From: Hypanus sabinus
Taxonomy: Eukaryota
DNA: 64,000 bases
Assembly (NCBI RefSeq): GCF_030144855.1
Contig: NC_082710.1
Location: forward strand, 55,366,001-55,430,000
Direction of reading: 5' to 3'
In this document: positions 48,924 through 62,290 of the stretch, in pieces
Layout of the letters: each line of letters starts with the position of its first letter
Position numbering within the stretch: the stretch's first letter is position 1
The notes under the pieces: generated by a model
What the model was told of the DNA's origin: nothing
Databases searched by the model: none
What the model saw: only the letters and a program-made list of their open reading frames with translations
Program-made: the position numbers and the translations under genes

Positions 48924-51700
48924 AGACAACAGGTGCAGAAGTAGACCATTCGGCCCTTCGAGCCTGCACCGCCATTTTGAGATCATGGCTGATCATCTAC
49001 TATCAATACTCGGTTCCTGCTTTGTCCCCATATCCCTTGATTCCCCTATCCATAAGATACCTATCTAGCTCCTTCTTGAAAGCATCCAGAGAATTGGCCT
49101 CCACTACCTTGCGAGGCAGTACATTCCAGACCCCCACAACTCTCTGGGAGAAGTTGTTTTTCCTTAAATCTGTCCTAAATGACCTACCCCTTATTCTCTG
49201 GTACAGGACTCTCCCAGCATCTGGAACATATTTCCTGCCTCTATCTTGTCCAATCCCTTAATAATCTTATATGTTTCAATCAGATCCCCTCTCAATCTCC
49301 TTAATTCCAGCATGTACAAGCCCAGTCTCTCTAACCTCTCTGCGTAAGACAGCCCGGACATCCCAGGAATTAACCTCGTGAATCTACGCTGCACTTCCTC
49401 TATGGCCAGGATGTCCTTCCTTAACCCTGGAGACCAAAACTGTACACAATACTCCAGATGTGGTCTCACCAGGTCTCTGTACAAATGCAAGAGGATTTCC
49501 TTGCTCTTATACTCAATTCCCTTTGTAATAAAGGCCAACATTCCATTAGCCTTCTTCACTGCCTGCTGCACTTGCTCATTCACCTTCAATGACTGATGAA
49601 CAAGGACTCCTAGATCTCTTTGTATTTCTCCCTTACCTAACTCTACACTGTTCAGGTAATAATCTGCCTTCCTGTTCTTACTCCCAAAGTGGATAACCTC
49701 ACACTTATTCACATTAAGCACCATCTGCCAAGTATCTGCCCACTCACCCAGCCTATCCAAGTCACCCTGAATTCTCCTAACATCCTCATCACATGTCACG
49801 CTGTCACCCAGCTTAGTATCATCAGCAAATTTGCTGATGTTATTTTCAATGTCTTCATCCAAATCATTGACATACAGCTGTGGTCCCAATACTGAGCCCT
49901 GTGGCACCCCACTAGTCACCACCTGCCATTCCGAGAAACACCCATTCCCGCTACCCTTTGCTTTCTATCTGCCAACCAGTTTTCTAACCATGTCAATGTC
50001 TTCCCCCCGATGCCCTGAACTTTGATTTTACCCACCAATCTCCTATGTGGGACCTTATCAAATGCCTTCTGAAAATCGAGGTACACTACATCCACTGGAT
50101 CTCCCCCGTCTAACTTCCTGATTACATCCTCGAAAAACTCCAACAGATTATTCAAGCATGATTTACCCTTGGTAAATCCATGCTGGCTTGGCCCAATCCT
50201 ATCACTGCTATCTAGATATGCCACTATTTCATCCTTAATAATGGACTCTAGCATCTTCCCCACCACCGATGTCAGGCTGACAGGTTGATAGTTCTGTTTT
50301 CTCCCTCCCTCCTTTCTTAAAAAGTGGGATAACATTAGCCAATCTCCAATCCTCAGGAACTGATCCTGAATCTAAGGAACATTGGAAAATGATTACCAAT
50401 GCATCCGCAATTTCCAGGGCCACCTCCTTTAGTACCCTAGGATGCAGACCATCGGGACCTGGGGATTTGTCAGCCTTCAGTCCCATCAGTCTTCTCATCA
50501 CCGTTTCCTTCCTAATGTCAATCTGTTTCATTTCCTCTGTTACCCTATGTCCTTGGCCCATCCATACATCTGGGAGATTGCTTGTGTCTTCCTTAGTGAA
50601 AACAGATCTAAAGTACTCATTAAATTCTTCTGCCATTTCTCTGATTTCCATAACAATTTCACCCAATTCATTCTTCAAGGGCCCAACATTGTTCCTAACT
50701 ATCTTCTTTCTCTTCACATACCTAAAAAAGCTTTTGCTATCTTCCTTTATATTCCTGGCTAGCTTGCGTTCGTACCTCATTTTTTCTCCCCGTATTGTCT
50801 TTTTAGTTAAGTTCTGTTGTTCCTTAAAAACTTCCCAATCATCCATCCTCCCACTCACCTTAGCTCTGTCATACTTCCTTTTTTTTAATGCTATGCAATC
50901 TCTGACTTCCTTTGTCAACCACTGTGGCCCCTTTCCCCCCTTTGAATCCTTCCTTCTCTGGATTTTGCACCTTGTGCATTATTCCCAAGAATACCTGTCA
51001 TTGCTGTTCCACTGTCTTTTCTGCTAGGCTATCCGTCCAGTCAACTTTGGCCAGCTCCTCCCTCATGGCTCCATAGTTTCCCCTGTTCAACTGCAATACT
51101 GACACCTCCGAGCTGCCCTTATCCTTCTCAAATTGCAGCTAAAAACTCATCAAATTATGATCACTACCTCCTAATGGCTCCTTTACTGCAAGATCATTTA
51201 TCAAATCCTGTTCATTACATAACACTAAATCCAGAATAGTCTCGTCCCTGGTCAACTCTCATACAAGCTGTTCCAAGAATGCATCCCGTAGGCACTCTAC
51301 AAACTCCCTATCCTGTGGTACAGCACCAACCTGATTCTCCCAGTTCACCTGCATGTTGAAATCCCCCATAACGACTGTGACATTACCTTTGCCACATGCC
51401 AATGTTAACTCCCTATTCAACTTGCACCCAATATCCATGCTACTGTTTGGTGGCCTGTAGACAACACCCATTTGGGTCCTTTCGCCCTTACTGTTCCTCA
51501 GTTCTATCCACACAGACTCTACTTCTCCTGACCCTATGTCCCCCCCTTGCAAAGGACTGAATCTCATTCCTCACCAACAGGGCCACCCCACCCCCTCTGC
51601 CCACATTTCTGTCCCTACAATAGCATGTATACCCTTGTACATTCATTTCCTAGGTTTGATCTCCCTGCAGCCATGTCTCCATTATCCCAACAACATCATA
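48924..51700 (-). mobile_element. Relatively young CR1 (HER1-like) LINE: most of ORF2 (APE-RT) plus 3' UTR, frameshifted
   Basis: GVVYRPPNS..MGDFN (51259-51567), KSPGPDGLHPRVLKE (50235-50918), QHGFTKGKSCL..YLDFQKAFDKVPH (49916-50335) and SGVPQGSVLGP..KFADDTK (49191-49922). Possible TSD AGTCAAT. Confidence 0.95.
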
Positions 51701-53864
51701 GTCAATTCACAAAACATTCAAAACAAAAAACCCAACCAGATCCCTTGGTATGATTTAAAATAACTAAATCCTGGTTATACGTTAGATCTTGGACACTCAT
51801 CTCTGTTGATATTGTCTCATTATAGTTACTGCTTCTTATAGACATGGCTTACATAGATCTTTTATCGATATAGTCTCTCCTCCAGAGGCTTCACCCTGAG
51901 GTGTTCAAGTAAGTAGGGTAGAGATATTCACTACTAATTCCACTTTTAACAGTTTATATCTTTAGTTTCTAATAGTTGGCTGCATTTCACTCACTTCCTT
52001 GTGTCTGCATCAGTCACACGTCATTCTCACATAGCTTTTCTCTCAAGTTCTCTTTTTTCCTAAAAAATATTCAGTAAACTTCATTTTTTATCCTTCCACA
52101 GGTGGAGCTTTCTGAACAGTACATCTTTTGGGTTTAATTAACCTGGGTTACACTTAGCAATGGTAATGCCATTAAATGATAAAAGATAGATTGGTAGACA
52201 CTCTCTTATTGGGATTAATCATTGCCTGTACTTTTGTGATATAAACATTACCTGTCATTAATCAGCTCATAGTTGAGTATCATCTCGGTCTTGCTGCAAG
52301 CAGAAATGGACTACTTCATTCACTGAAGAGTTGCAAATGGAATTGAATATTGCATAATCAGGGAGCATTCTCACTTCTAACTTCCTGACTGAAGGACGTT
52401 CATGATGAAGCAAATGAAAAGGTTTGGCCCCAAAACATACTGTCCCAGCAAACTCTAGCAATGATATCCTGGATCTGGAATGATTGATCTCCAACCACAA
52501 TCTTCCTCCCCTCTGCAAGGGATGACAAACCAGTGGAGTGATTGATCTACTTATTGATTTCAGTTTCATTAGGTTTCATTGTTGGCACATCAGGAAAAAT
52601 TTTGTCCTGTAATCCATTGGGGTCATTCTCACCTCAGCTCTGCACTTCACTTCTTTGGGATGACTTCACTCCATATGGTCCTTACATAACCAAAGCTCAG
52701 CATCAGTGAGCAGGTTATTGGCAATAAGTGCCATGTGATAGTACTGTTGATGACGCCTACCACTGACTTTATTGATAACTGAAATTGGGTGACAATAAGC
52801 TGGACTAAAATTGCTGTTTATTTTGTTAAGATGATACTATTGAGACATTCTTGATGGACACTCACCCAGAGGGCATAATCACAAAATGGTAACCATAAAT
52901 GCTTCTTCCAAATTGTGTTAAGCATGGAGTAGTAGTATATGGAGTACTCAATAGGGGATTTATAGATAATAAAGTATAGATTTCTTTATTATTGACTTAA
53001 GACTGTGTTTATACCTCTCAGCTGCACACTGAACAGGTACTTTCTATCACCCACAATGCCATCACCAGATATAGATTCTCCACCCCTTTTCAGTATTCTG
53101 AAGAGACTGTTCATATTCTTCAAATTCCACCAGCTTCTGCTTTTTCATTATGGCATAAAAACAGAAAAAGCTGGAAACACACAGAAGGTCAGGCAGCATC
53201 TGTGGAAAGAGAAACAGGGGTAACATAACAAGTCTGATAGTCTTCACCAGAATTCAGACAAAGAGTCTCAGACTTAAACTGTTACTTTTTTTTTACTTTT
53301 CTCAGATGCTGCCTAACCTGCTGAATTCTGTCAGCATTTTTTAAAATTTCAGACTGCCAGCACCTACAATTTTTTTCCATTTTAATTTCTTCTTTTTGTG
53401 GTGTCTACCTATGCCACCACAGGAAATATAACATCTGAACTTTTACCTTTTCCCTTCCCACTCTACAGGGTGTCGAACACTCCTCCCAGGTGAACCAGCT
53501 ATTCATACTTTTTTACAATTTGGCATTCAGCACTAAGTGCTCAAAAAGTAGTTACCTCTTAACTGGAGAAAGCAGAGATTGTATTTGCAGAACAATTCCA
53601 TTCAGGCCACGCTAGCAACTCTGAACTTCCAGTTTGGCTACTACTTTATCATTCTTTTACAATTGCACTAGGGTCAGAATGTCTGCCATCTCTTACACTG
53701 TTTCAGTAAAGCTCAATGTGGTATCATGGAATTGTGCGTGCAAGTTTCAGATTCACAGCTTATGCAGTGAGTTCTTCTGCAGCTTTTACCTCACAGTTCA
53801 CCACATCTTCTTCATTCTTTCCACAGTGCTTAGACATTGGCTGCTACACCTGCTACAGTCACTT

Positions 53865-54394
53865 ACACCTAGTGGCCACTTTATTAGCTACACCCGCTCC
53901 TTAATGGAAATTTCTAATCAACCAGTTCGGTGGCAGTAACTCAATGCATAAAGGCATGCAGACATGGTCAAGAAGTTCAGTTGTTGTTCATGCCAAATAT
54001 CAGAATGGGGGAAGAAATGTAATCAAAGTGACTTTGACCTTGGAATGGTTGTTAGCGTCAGACAGGGTGGTTTGAAAATCTCAGAAAATGCTGATCTCCG
54101 GGGATTTTCACTCACAACAGCCTCTAGAGCTTACGGGAAACGGTGTGAAAAATTAAAAAAAACAGTGAGCAGCAGTTCTGTGGGCGAAAATGCCTTGTTA
54201 ATGAGAGGTGTCATTAACAGACTAGTTCAATCTGACAGCAAGGCAAGAGTAACTCAAATAACCATGCATTACAAAAATGGTGTGCACAACATATTGAACC
54301 TTGAAGTGGAAAGGATAAAACAGATGATCACAAACATACACAAAGTGGCCACTTTATTAAGTACAGGAGGTCCCTAATAAAGTGGACACTGAGT
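53865..54394 (+). mobile_element. Non-autonomous Tc1-like element
   Basis: TIRs AGTGGCCACTTTATTAG and CTAATAAAGTGGACACT. N-terminal HTH remnant GKKCNQSDFDLGMVVSVRQGGLKISENADLRGFSLTTASRAY. Confidence 0.85.
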
Positions 54395-57300
54395 TTAGAA
54401 TGGATATAACATTCAGAACAACACAAACAACAGCAGCAAAACAAACTCCTTTCTTTCCCCCTCCCCACCAACTCAAACAGACACACACACACCACCAGCC
54501 TCTGGCAAATTCACAGACGTGCCAGCGTCAGCTTTCTAATTTCCTCAGAGGACTTGCAGACCTCAGAGTTTTGGCCATTGAGCCTCGACTACCAGACTCT
54601 CTGACTTTGGTCGCTGACAGTCAGACTTTGATTTTTGGTATTGACCCCAGGACCAGGACCCACCTAAACACCAGGTCTTGATCTCCGGACTCACTGACCT
54701 AGAATGTTAACAGTCCTCTTCACAGGTTTTCAAACACAGTGCTTGCAGACCCAACATCCATCCACAGGGATTGCTGACCTCTGACTGAGGAATGCTCTGC
54801 CCTGGACTCTTGCCTGATCTCTAAAACCCCCATATCCCTGTCCCTAAACCCTAACCTGACACCTCATTTCCCACTGTTCCCGAAACCATTCCTATGAACT
54901 CAAAAAGAAGCAACCAAGTCTGAGCCAATCCTGAACTGACATTGCAGTTCAGTGCATCTTGGACAGAAAACAACTAGTACTGTTCTGAAGCTACAAATGT
55001 GCATCAGAACAGTATTACAGAGCATTGTATTATACAAAGAACTGTAGCTCCATTTATTTTTCTAATTATAATGTAGCAGGCTTCCAACCTTGCAATCTCA
55101 ATGGTCTTGTTCACCTTTCCCATGTGGCCCTGCAACTTAGTCTCTTTCATATGCCTGTCAATTTCCTTTTGATACTCTTGTCACGTACTTCAACAAGGTC
55201 CAATTTTCAGCAAAAAATTACCCATCAGTGCGTCTTTAGGATGTAGGAGGAAACCAGAGACCTTGTGGGAATCCGCGTGATTACAAGGTGAGCATACAAC
55301 TTCACTGGGGATGAGAAATGAATGACTGTACATCTTGTACAACTGTACTGCCCAACAGGCCAACTACAGTGAGCTTGGACACACTGGAAAGAAGCTGACA
55401 TGAGATCTGTGTTCTTCTTTAGTTAGTCTCTACTTAAGTATGAACGTAAGAATCTACATAGATTATATGTACAACAGTAAAAAGTGTAGGTCACTCGGTC
55501 CTTCAAGATTGTCATGCCATTCAATATGTCTGTGGCAGATCTGCACCAGGTCTCAGAATACAGGCCCTTTGGCCAAACAAGTCCATGGTGCCACTCATCT
55601 AGTTGTAGTGTCTGTTCTTTGGCCCACATCCTTCTATGCCCTGCCCCTGCAATTGCTTCCTAAATAATGCTATTGTACCTGTCTCAACCACTTCCTTTGG
55701 TAGATCGATCAATATAGTCACTATCTTCTGTGTGGAAAAGGCTATCCTTCAAGTCCCTTTTAATCTTTTCCCTCTCACCCTAGATTTATGCCCCCGAGTT
55801 TTGGACTTCCCTATCCTGGGTAAAAGACTTTATCCATGCCTCTGATGATTTTATAAGCCTCTAAAGTCACCCCTCATTCTCCTCTGATCCTGACCATCTT
55901 CTCCTTATAACCCAGGATCCAAAAAGCTTTTTTGAACACTTTCCTACCATTTTTCACATCATCAGCAAATTTACCCACAATATTTTTAGTTTCTGTCCAA
56001 ATATTATATGTAAATAGTGAAAAGTTAAGGCCCAGCTTCAGTTCCTGTGTAACCTAACATTACATATTGCCAGTAAGAAAACAGCCTGTTTATGCCAACT
56101 CTATTTCCTGCTAATAACAATCTTCTTTCTATATCAGCTTATTACTTCCTGTATGAGCATCATAAAGAACATATGGATTGTGTAATTAAAAACTTTAAAT
56201 TGTTAATAACTTTTTTTTTATTGTGAATGATGCGTCATTGGCATTTTTATTTTTAGAAAATTACTTTTGATGACCTGACTGATACTGAAACATTAGCACT
56301 GAGCAGATGATCGGGGAAAATGTCTCCAGAATCAGTCTTAACTTTTGATAACATCACCTAGTAACAGAAGAATGACTCCTGTTGGCTGACATCTGTGGCC
56401 TTATGCCGAGATTTCAATGAGAGATAATGTTTCAGGTAATTAGTATGTAGTAATGCATCATGAAAGAGCACAATCAGAAAGAGTTATCATGGGGGTAAGA
56501 AAGAGGTTTAACCCATCACTGATATGACCCATAGATAGACTACTGTTTCTGTGATTATACCAGTTACGGAGATGTACAAGGTGTTGAAAGGGAAAGATAG
56601 TCATATTTAACTCTATAGCTGAAGACTGAAAAGCACTAATTCAGTCATTGGGACGAAGTTGGAGTCCATTATCAAGCATGGTGTTTCGAAATACTTGGAG
56701 GCACTTGATAAATAAGCCCAAGTCAGCATATTTCCTTAAAGAAAAAACTTCCCTGCCAAATCTGATGGAATCCTTTGAGGAAATAACATGCAGGACCGAC
56801 AAGGGAAAGACAGTGGATTTGGTTTACTTAGATTTTCAGAAGGCCTTTGGTAATGTGCCGCGCATGAGGCTGCTAAACATGATTAAGAGACCATGGTATT
56901 ACAGGAAGGAAACTAGCATGAATATAAGATTGGCTGAATGGTAGGAGGCAAAGAGCAGAGACAATGGGGCCTATTCTAGTTGGCTGACAGTGTCTAGTTA
57001 TTTTCTGCAGGGTTCGGTATTAGTTCATCTATGACTTGGATGATGAAACTGGTGGTTTTGTGGCCAAGTTTGTGGATAGAAGGTGGTGTTAAAGAAGCAG
57101 AGGGTCTGCTGAAAGGACTTAATCAGATTAGGGCAAAGAAATGGCAGATGGAATATAGTGCAGGGAAAAGCATGGTCATACACTTTGCTGGAAGGAATAA
57201 AGATTTAGACTATTTTCTAAATGAACTGGTCCCAATGTGTTCCAATTAACTGGAATCCACTGTACTTTGCATCTACCATTTTGTAGAAGTCTTAGAAAAG

Positions 57301-59650
57301 AAGCATGCAATAAGTGAATAGATTGAAGTTAGGATTGTCCTGCTTTGAGCAGGAAAGACTGAAAGGAAAATTTCTAGTACTCCAGAAAAAAAGCAAAGAT
57401 CTAGCAAAGTGAATAAAATGAAATAATTTGCATCGGAAATGGGATTGTGGGATAGAGAGGCAAGTCTCAAAGTAATATCCTTAAAAGCCAGGGAAGATGT
57501 TTTGGTCATGATCTGGAAATTGCTATTTACAATGTTACAAAGAGGTACAAAGGGGAAATAGTACAGCTACAGAAATTGCTGTTATAAAAAATTAACTGCA
57601 GAGCCAAATTATCTACTTGCATGCTGTAAAATTTTTATAGTTCATTTTTCAGGGTGTATTTCTAGCAGGGACAGGAATTATTAGCTATCCCTAACTGCTA
57701 CCACCCTCTTCATGAAAACACACCCACAATGTGATGGGGTAGAAAATTACAGAAATGACATTCAACAGAAAGGACAGTGATGTGTTTCAAGTGCAGTTTG
57801 AAGGGAATCTTACGGTTGATGATGTTCCTATGTACCTATGTATCCTTGCTTTCCTTGGTGATGAAGATTGAGAGTTTGGGAAGCTTTTGGAGTACCCCAA
57901 GAGGAGTCACTGCTGTTAATTTTTTTTAGACAAGAAACACTGCAGCCATGATGAAAAGGATGAACATTTATGATAGTAATGTGTTGCCAGTTATGCAGGT
58001 TGCTTGCTTAAGGATGATGTTGAGTTTTTTTTTTAAAACAAATTGTTGGAGTGGCACTCATCCTGATAAGAGGGAAGAATTCTATCATACTCCTGACATG
58101 AGCTTTGAAGATGCTGAAGAAGCTTTGAAGTATTAGCAGGACTAATTTGCCACAGAATACCAAGCCTCTGACTTGTCCTAGTAGCTAGAGATTTTATGTA
58201 GTAGTCCTTTTGAGTCTCTGATCAGTGGCAATCCCCTGGAAATGGGTTGTAGACAATTTGATAATGGTAATACTAATGGAATATCAAAAGTGCTAAGACT
58301 TCTTTTTGGAGATGGCAAATGCACTGGGCATATTGTGGCATGACTTTTACAGTGATCCTACTGGTTATGTCTCATATAACCTGGAAATTATATTGTCAAA
58401 AGCATGTAAAAATGACTAACAGTATTTCATGCTGTGGTTTTCATTAACAATGAAGTCCGACATTTCTGTACTGCAGTTGTCAAGCTAACCGCCCTGCTGT
58501 ACCAAATTTCTCTTTACAGACAACTAAAAATAGTTTGTAGGATGGGTGGTAGCAAAAACATAGCATATGAGCAGTTCCATAAACTAACATTCGTTTAAAT
58601 GTTTCATTTTTATTAGAGAACTGAGTACTGAGCAAATATGCTGAAAGGTACAATGAAAAATTATTATATATAGAATGTATTTTGCTCATTGAGAAGTACA
58701 AGCCAAGCACTCTAAAAGGATTTTTAACTATTTTTGGTCTAATTTTTTTTATTATTGCATTGAAAGATTATACCCTCTATTACCTCCTTGTAAATAAACA
58801 TAGCTTTTTCTTTTATCCTCCCTATATTCATATTATGTGTCTACCCCAGCGGGAAGTTTCTATGTACCCCTAATGTGTTTTTGTTGTTGCAATTGCAGTT
58901 TTTGGAGATGGACAAGGTGAAAATTAAATCAGGGTGGCTTAAGGGTGGTAAATCCCCAGGGCTGAGTGTAATTTATCCCAGGCCACTGTGGGAGGGAAGG
59001 GAAGAGATTGCTGGGGCTCTGATTAAGATGTCACAAATCTTCACTGGGCACAAGCGAGGAATCAAATGACTAGAGTACGATAAATGCAGTGCCACTTTAA
59101 AGAATGGCAGTGGAAAAAAATCTGGTAATTACAAACCCATGAGGCCAGCATCATGGAAAAAATTCTGGAAATTATTAACGGTCATTTAGAAACGGAAGAA
59201 CTAATCAGACATATGGCTTTATGAAGGCTAGATTATGTCTGACCAATCTGACTGACTTAATCCTGAAGTACTAACAATGTGCTTTGATGAGATCAGTGCA
59301 GAGTGTTGTAGATGTGGTTTACATTGACTTTAGTAAGGCTTTTTACAATGCCCTATGTGGGCAACTGATAAAAGTTAGGACCCCTGGGCAAATTGGTAGA
59401 CTAGATCGAAAACTGAATTGACAATAGGGTTGTGGCGACCCATTTCCTGGCGCATCCGAACCGACTCACAATTAGATAGCCTACGGGGGTTTGCGAGCAC
59501 AGAGCTTTGGAGCCTCTGCGCCATGGGGGGGGGCCGGTCGAGGGAGGCTTAAAAGTGAGGCTGAAGTTTTCGAATAAAGTTTTTTCCTTCGACTGCAGTT
59601 ACCGACTCCGTGTCGTAATTTTAGCGCTGCATGTAGCACACCGCTACAAT

Positions 59651-59664
59651 TGGTGACCCCGACG
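59651..59664 (+). promoter_or_regulatory. Primer binding site complementary to tRNA-Trp
   Basis: TGGTGACCCCGACG is the first 14 nt of the canonical Trp PBS TGGTGACCCCGACGTGAT. Confidence 0.9.
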
Positions 59665-59688
59665 GTCCAAACGATTTTTGGACCAGAA

Positions 59689-60375
59689 ATGACCGACGCC
59701 GCCTCTGTTCATGCGGTTTCGTTGAAACTGCCGGGTTTCTGGACACAGCGCCCGGACCTATGGTTCCAGCAAGCCGAAGCCCAATTCCACGTTCGCCAGA
59801 TCACCTCAGAAGACACCCGCTACTACTACATGGTGAGCTCCCTCGACCAGGACACAGGGGCCCAGGTCGCGGAGTTCGTACAGTCGCCCCCAGCAGACGG
59901 CAAGTACACGGAATTCAAAGCCCTGCTCCTCAGGGCTTTCGGACTCTCATGGCGCGAGCGGGCTGCCCGTTTACTGCACCTGGATGGCTTGGGCGACAGA
60001 CCTCCATCGGCTTTAATGAATGAGATGTTGTCTCTGGCCGACGGACACACATGCCTCATGTTTGAGCAGGCATTCCTGGAGCAGCTGCCCGAGGACATAC
60101 GCCTGCTGCTATCCGACGCGGATTTCAGTGACCCCCGGAAGGTGGCAGCCCGGGCGGACTTGCTGTGGAACGCCAAAAAGGTGAGCGGGGCGTCCATCGC
60201 ACAGATCTCCCAGCCACGCTCCCGGCAGCAAACCAGTCCAGGCCCGGCCGCAGAGCCTGCCAACCCCCGGCCCAATGAACACTAGTGCTTCTACCACCAG
60301 CGGTGGGGCGCAGAAGCCCACCGTTGTCGCCCGCCCTGCAAGTTCCCGGGAAACGCCAGGGCCAGCCGCCGCTGA
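59689..60375 (+). pseudogene. gag: gag with one premature TAG (60283-85) before the CHCC motif
   Basis: MTDAASVHAVSLKLPGFWTQRPDLWFQQAEAQF..., then CFYHQRWGAEAHRCRPPC (C-x2-H-x9-C-x3-C) in frame after the stop. Confidence 0.85.
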
Positions 60376-60393
60376 TGGCTACGGCGGCTGGCC
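60348..60393 (+). promoter_or_regulatory. -1 programmed ribosomal frameshift signal (gag-pol)
   Basis: Slippery heptamer G GGA AAC in the gag frame, 5-nt spacer, and a perfect 12-bp stem GGCCAGCCGCCG/CGGCGGCTGGCC. The -1 frame reads into the protease N-terminus (DSLLYVWDRRSGRR). Confidence 0.85.
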
Positions 60394-60411
60394 ATCGGGA
60401 TAGCCTCCTGT

Positions 60412-62290
60412 ATGTGTGGGATAGAAGGTCGGGACGCCGCCGTAGCCCAACCGCTTCTGGGTGCGGATTTTTTGCGGGCTCACAGCCTACTGGTCGACCT
60501 GCCCAGGAAGAGACTGGTACACGCCGAGACCTTTCAGACGTTCTCCCTGGGTGCAGCCCAGTTGCCAGCCCCTCACCTCGGCTCCATCACGCTGTCCGAC
60601 AACGACTTCACCAGGGTCCTGGCGGAGTTCCCATCGGTTCTGGCACCGCAGTTCACAGCGGCCATGCCCAGGCACGGCGTACAGCACCACATCCCGACCC
60701 AGGGACCACCCCTCCACGCCCGCGCTCGGCGGCTTCCCCCGGACAAGCTCCGACTGGCGAAGGAGGAGTTCCAGAGGATGGAGGAATTGGCGATCATCCG
60801 GCGGTCCGACAGCCCATGGGCCTCCCCCCTGCACATGGTGCCCAAAGCGACGGGGGGCTGGAGACCGTGTGGCGACTACCGCAGGCTGAACGAGGCTACC
60901 ACACCGGACTGCTACCCTGTGCCGCACATTCAGGACTTTGCAGCAAACCTGCACGGCGCATGGATCTTCTCCAAGGTAGACCTCGTCCGAGGGTACCATC
61001 AAATCCCGATGCATCCTGACGACGTCCCCAAAATGGCTCTCATCACCCCTTTCGGCCTTTTCGAGTTCCTCCGCATGCCGTTCGGCCTGAAGAATGCCGC
61101 ACAGACGTTCCAGCGGTTAATGGACGCGGTGGGACGGGACCTGGACTTCGCGTTCATCTATTTGGATGACATCCTCATAGCCAGCGGCAGTCGTCAGGAG
61201 CATCTGTCCCACCTCCGTCAACTCTACGCCCGACTGAGTGAGTACGGTCTTACAATCAACCCCGCCAAGTGCCAGTTCGGACTCGATACCATTGACTTCC
61301 TGGGCCACAGGATTACTAAAGACGGGGCAACCCCTCTGCCCGCTAAGGTAGATGCGGTCCGCCTCTTTCCCCGACCCACCACGGTCAAAGGCCTTCAGGA
61401 ATTCGTAGGTATGGTCAATTTCTACCGCCGCTTCCTCCCTTCAGCTGCCCGGATCATGCGCCCCCTGTTCGCCCTGATGTCGAGTCCGAGCAAGGACATT
61501 GCCTGGGACGAGGAGTCCGCCGCCGCTTTCGTTCAAACGAAGGAAGCTTTGGCGGACGCCGCAATGCTAGTACATCCCAGAATGGATGCCCCTACCGCCC
61601 TCACAGTGGACGCATCAAACACGGCAGTCGGTGGGGTGCTGGAGCAACTCATCGCAGGTCGCTGGCAACCCCTGGCGTTTTTCAGCAAACACCTGCGACC
61701 ACCCGAGCTTAAGTACAGTGCTTTCGACCGGGAACTGTTGGCGCTCTACCTGGCAATCCGGCATTTCAGGTACTTCCTAGAAGGTCGGCCCTTCACCGCG
61801 TTCACGGACCACAAACCGCTTACCTTTGCGTTTACGAAAGCGTGCGCCGCTGCACCTTGGCCGTCTGGCAGTGCATGCACGTTTGGCCCATTCACTGACC
61901 TGTTTGCGGAGTCCGTGCCAAACGAACCTGTCCTACATCTCTGAATACACGACAGATGTCCAGCACGTCTCGGGTAAGGACAATGTCGTGGCGGATGCGC
62001 TCTCTCGCCCTACCGTTCATGCCCTTTCCCACGGGGTAGACTTTGAGGCACTGGCAGAGGCGCAGCAGGCGGATGAGGAGATTCCGATTTACAGAACCGC
62101 AGTCTCCGGTTTGCAGCTCCAGGACCTCCCCGTAGGCCCAGGTGAGAGGACCCTACTCTGTGACGTCGCCACCGGCCAGCCCCGTCCAGTCGTCCCGACA
62201 GCATGGCGGCGCCGCGTTTTCGACTCCATTCATAACTTGGCGCACCCCTCCATCCGGACAACTGTCCGGATGGTTTCAAACAGGTTCTGG
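60412..62290 (+). pseudogene. pol: pol: protease core deleted, RT and most of RNase H open, integrase truncated after the HH motif
   Basis: PLLGADFL, WRPCGDYRRLN, FLRMPFGLKNAAQTFQR, YLDD, TVDAS, YSAFDRELLA, FTDHKPL, GKDNVVADALSR and IHNLAHPS. No DTG protease motif or DDE core. Confidence 0.92.

Noticed and set aside
59760-61308. Overlapping and antisense ORFs in the Gypsy element and the CR1 copies
   Set aside because: These are shadow frames of GC-rich or coding transposon sequence.
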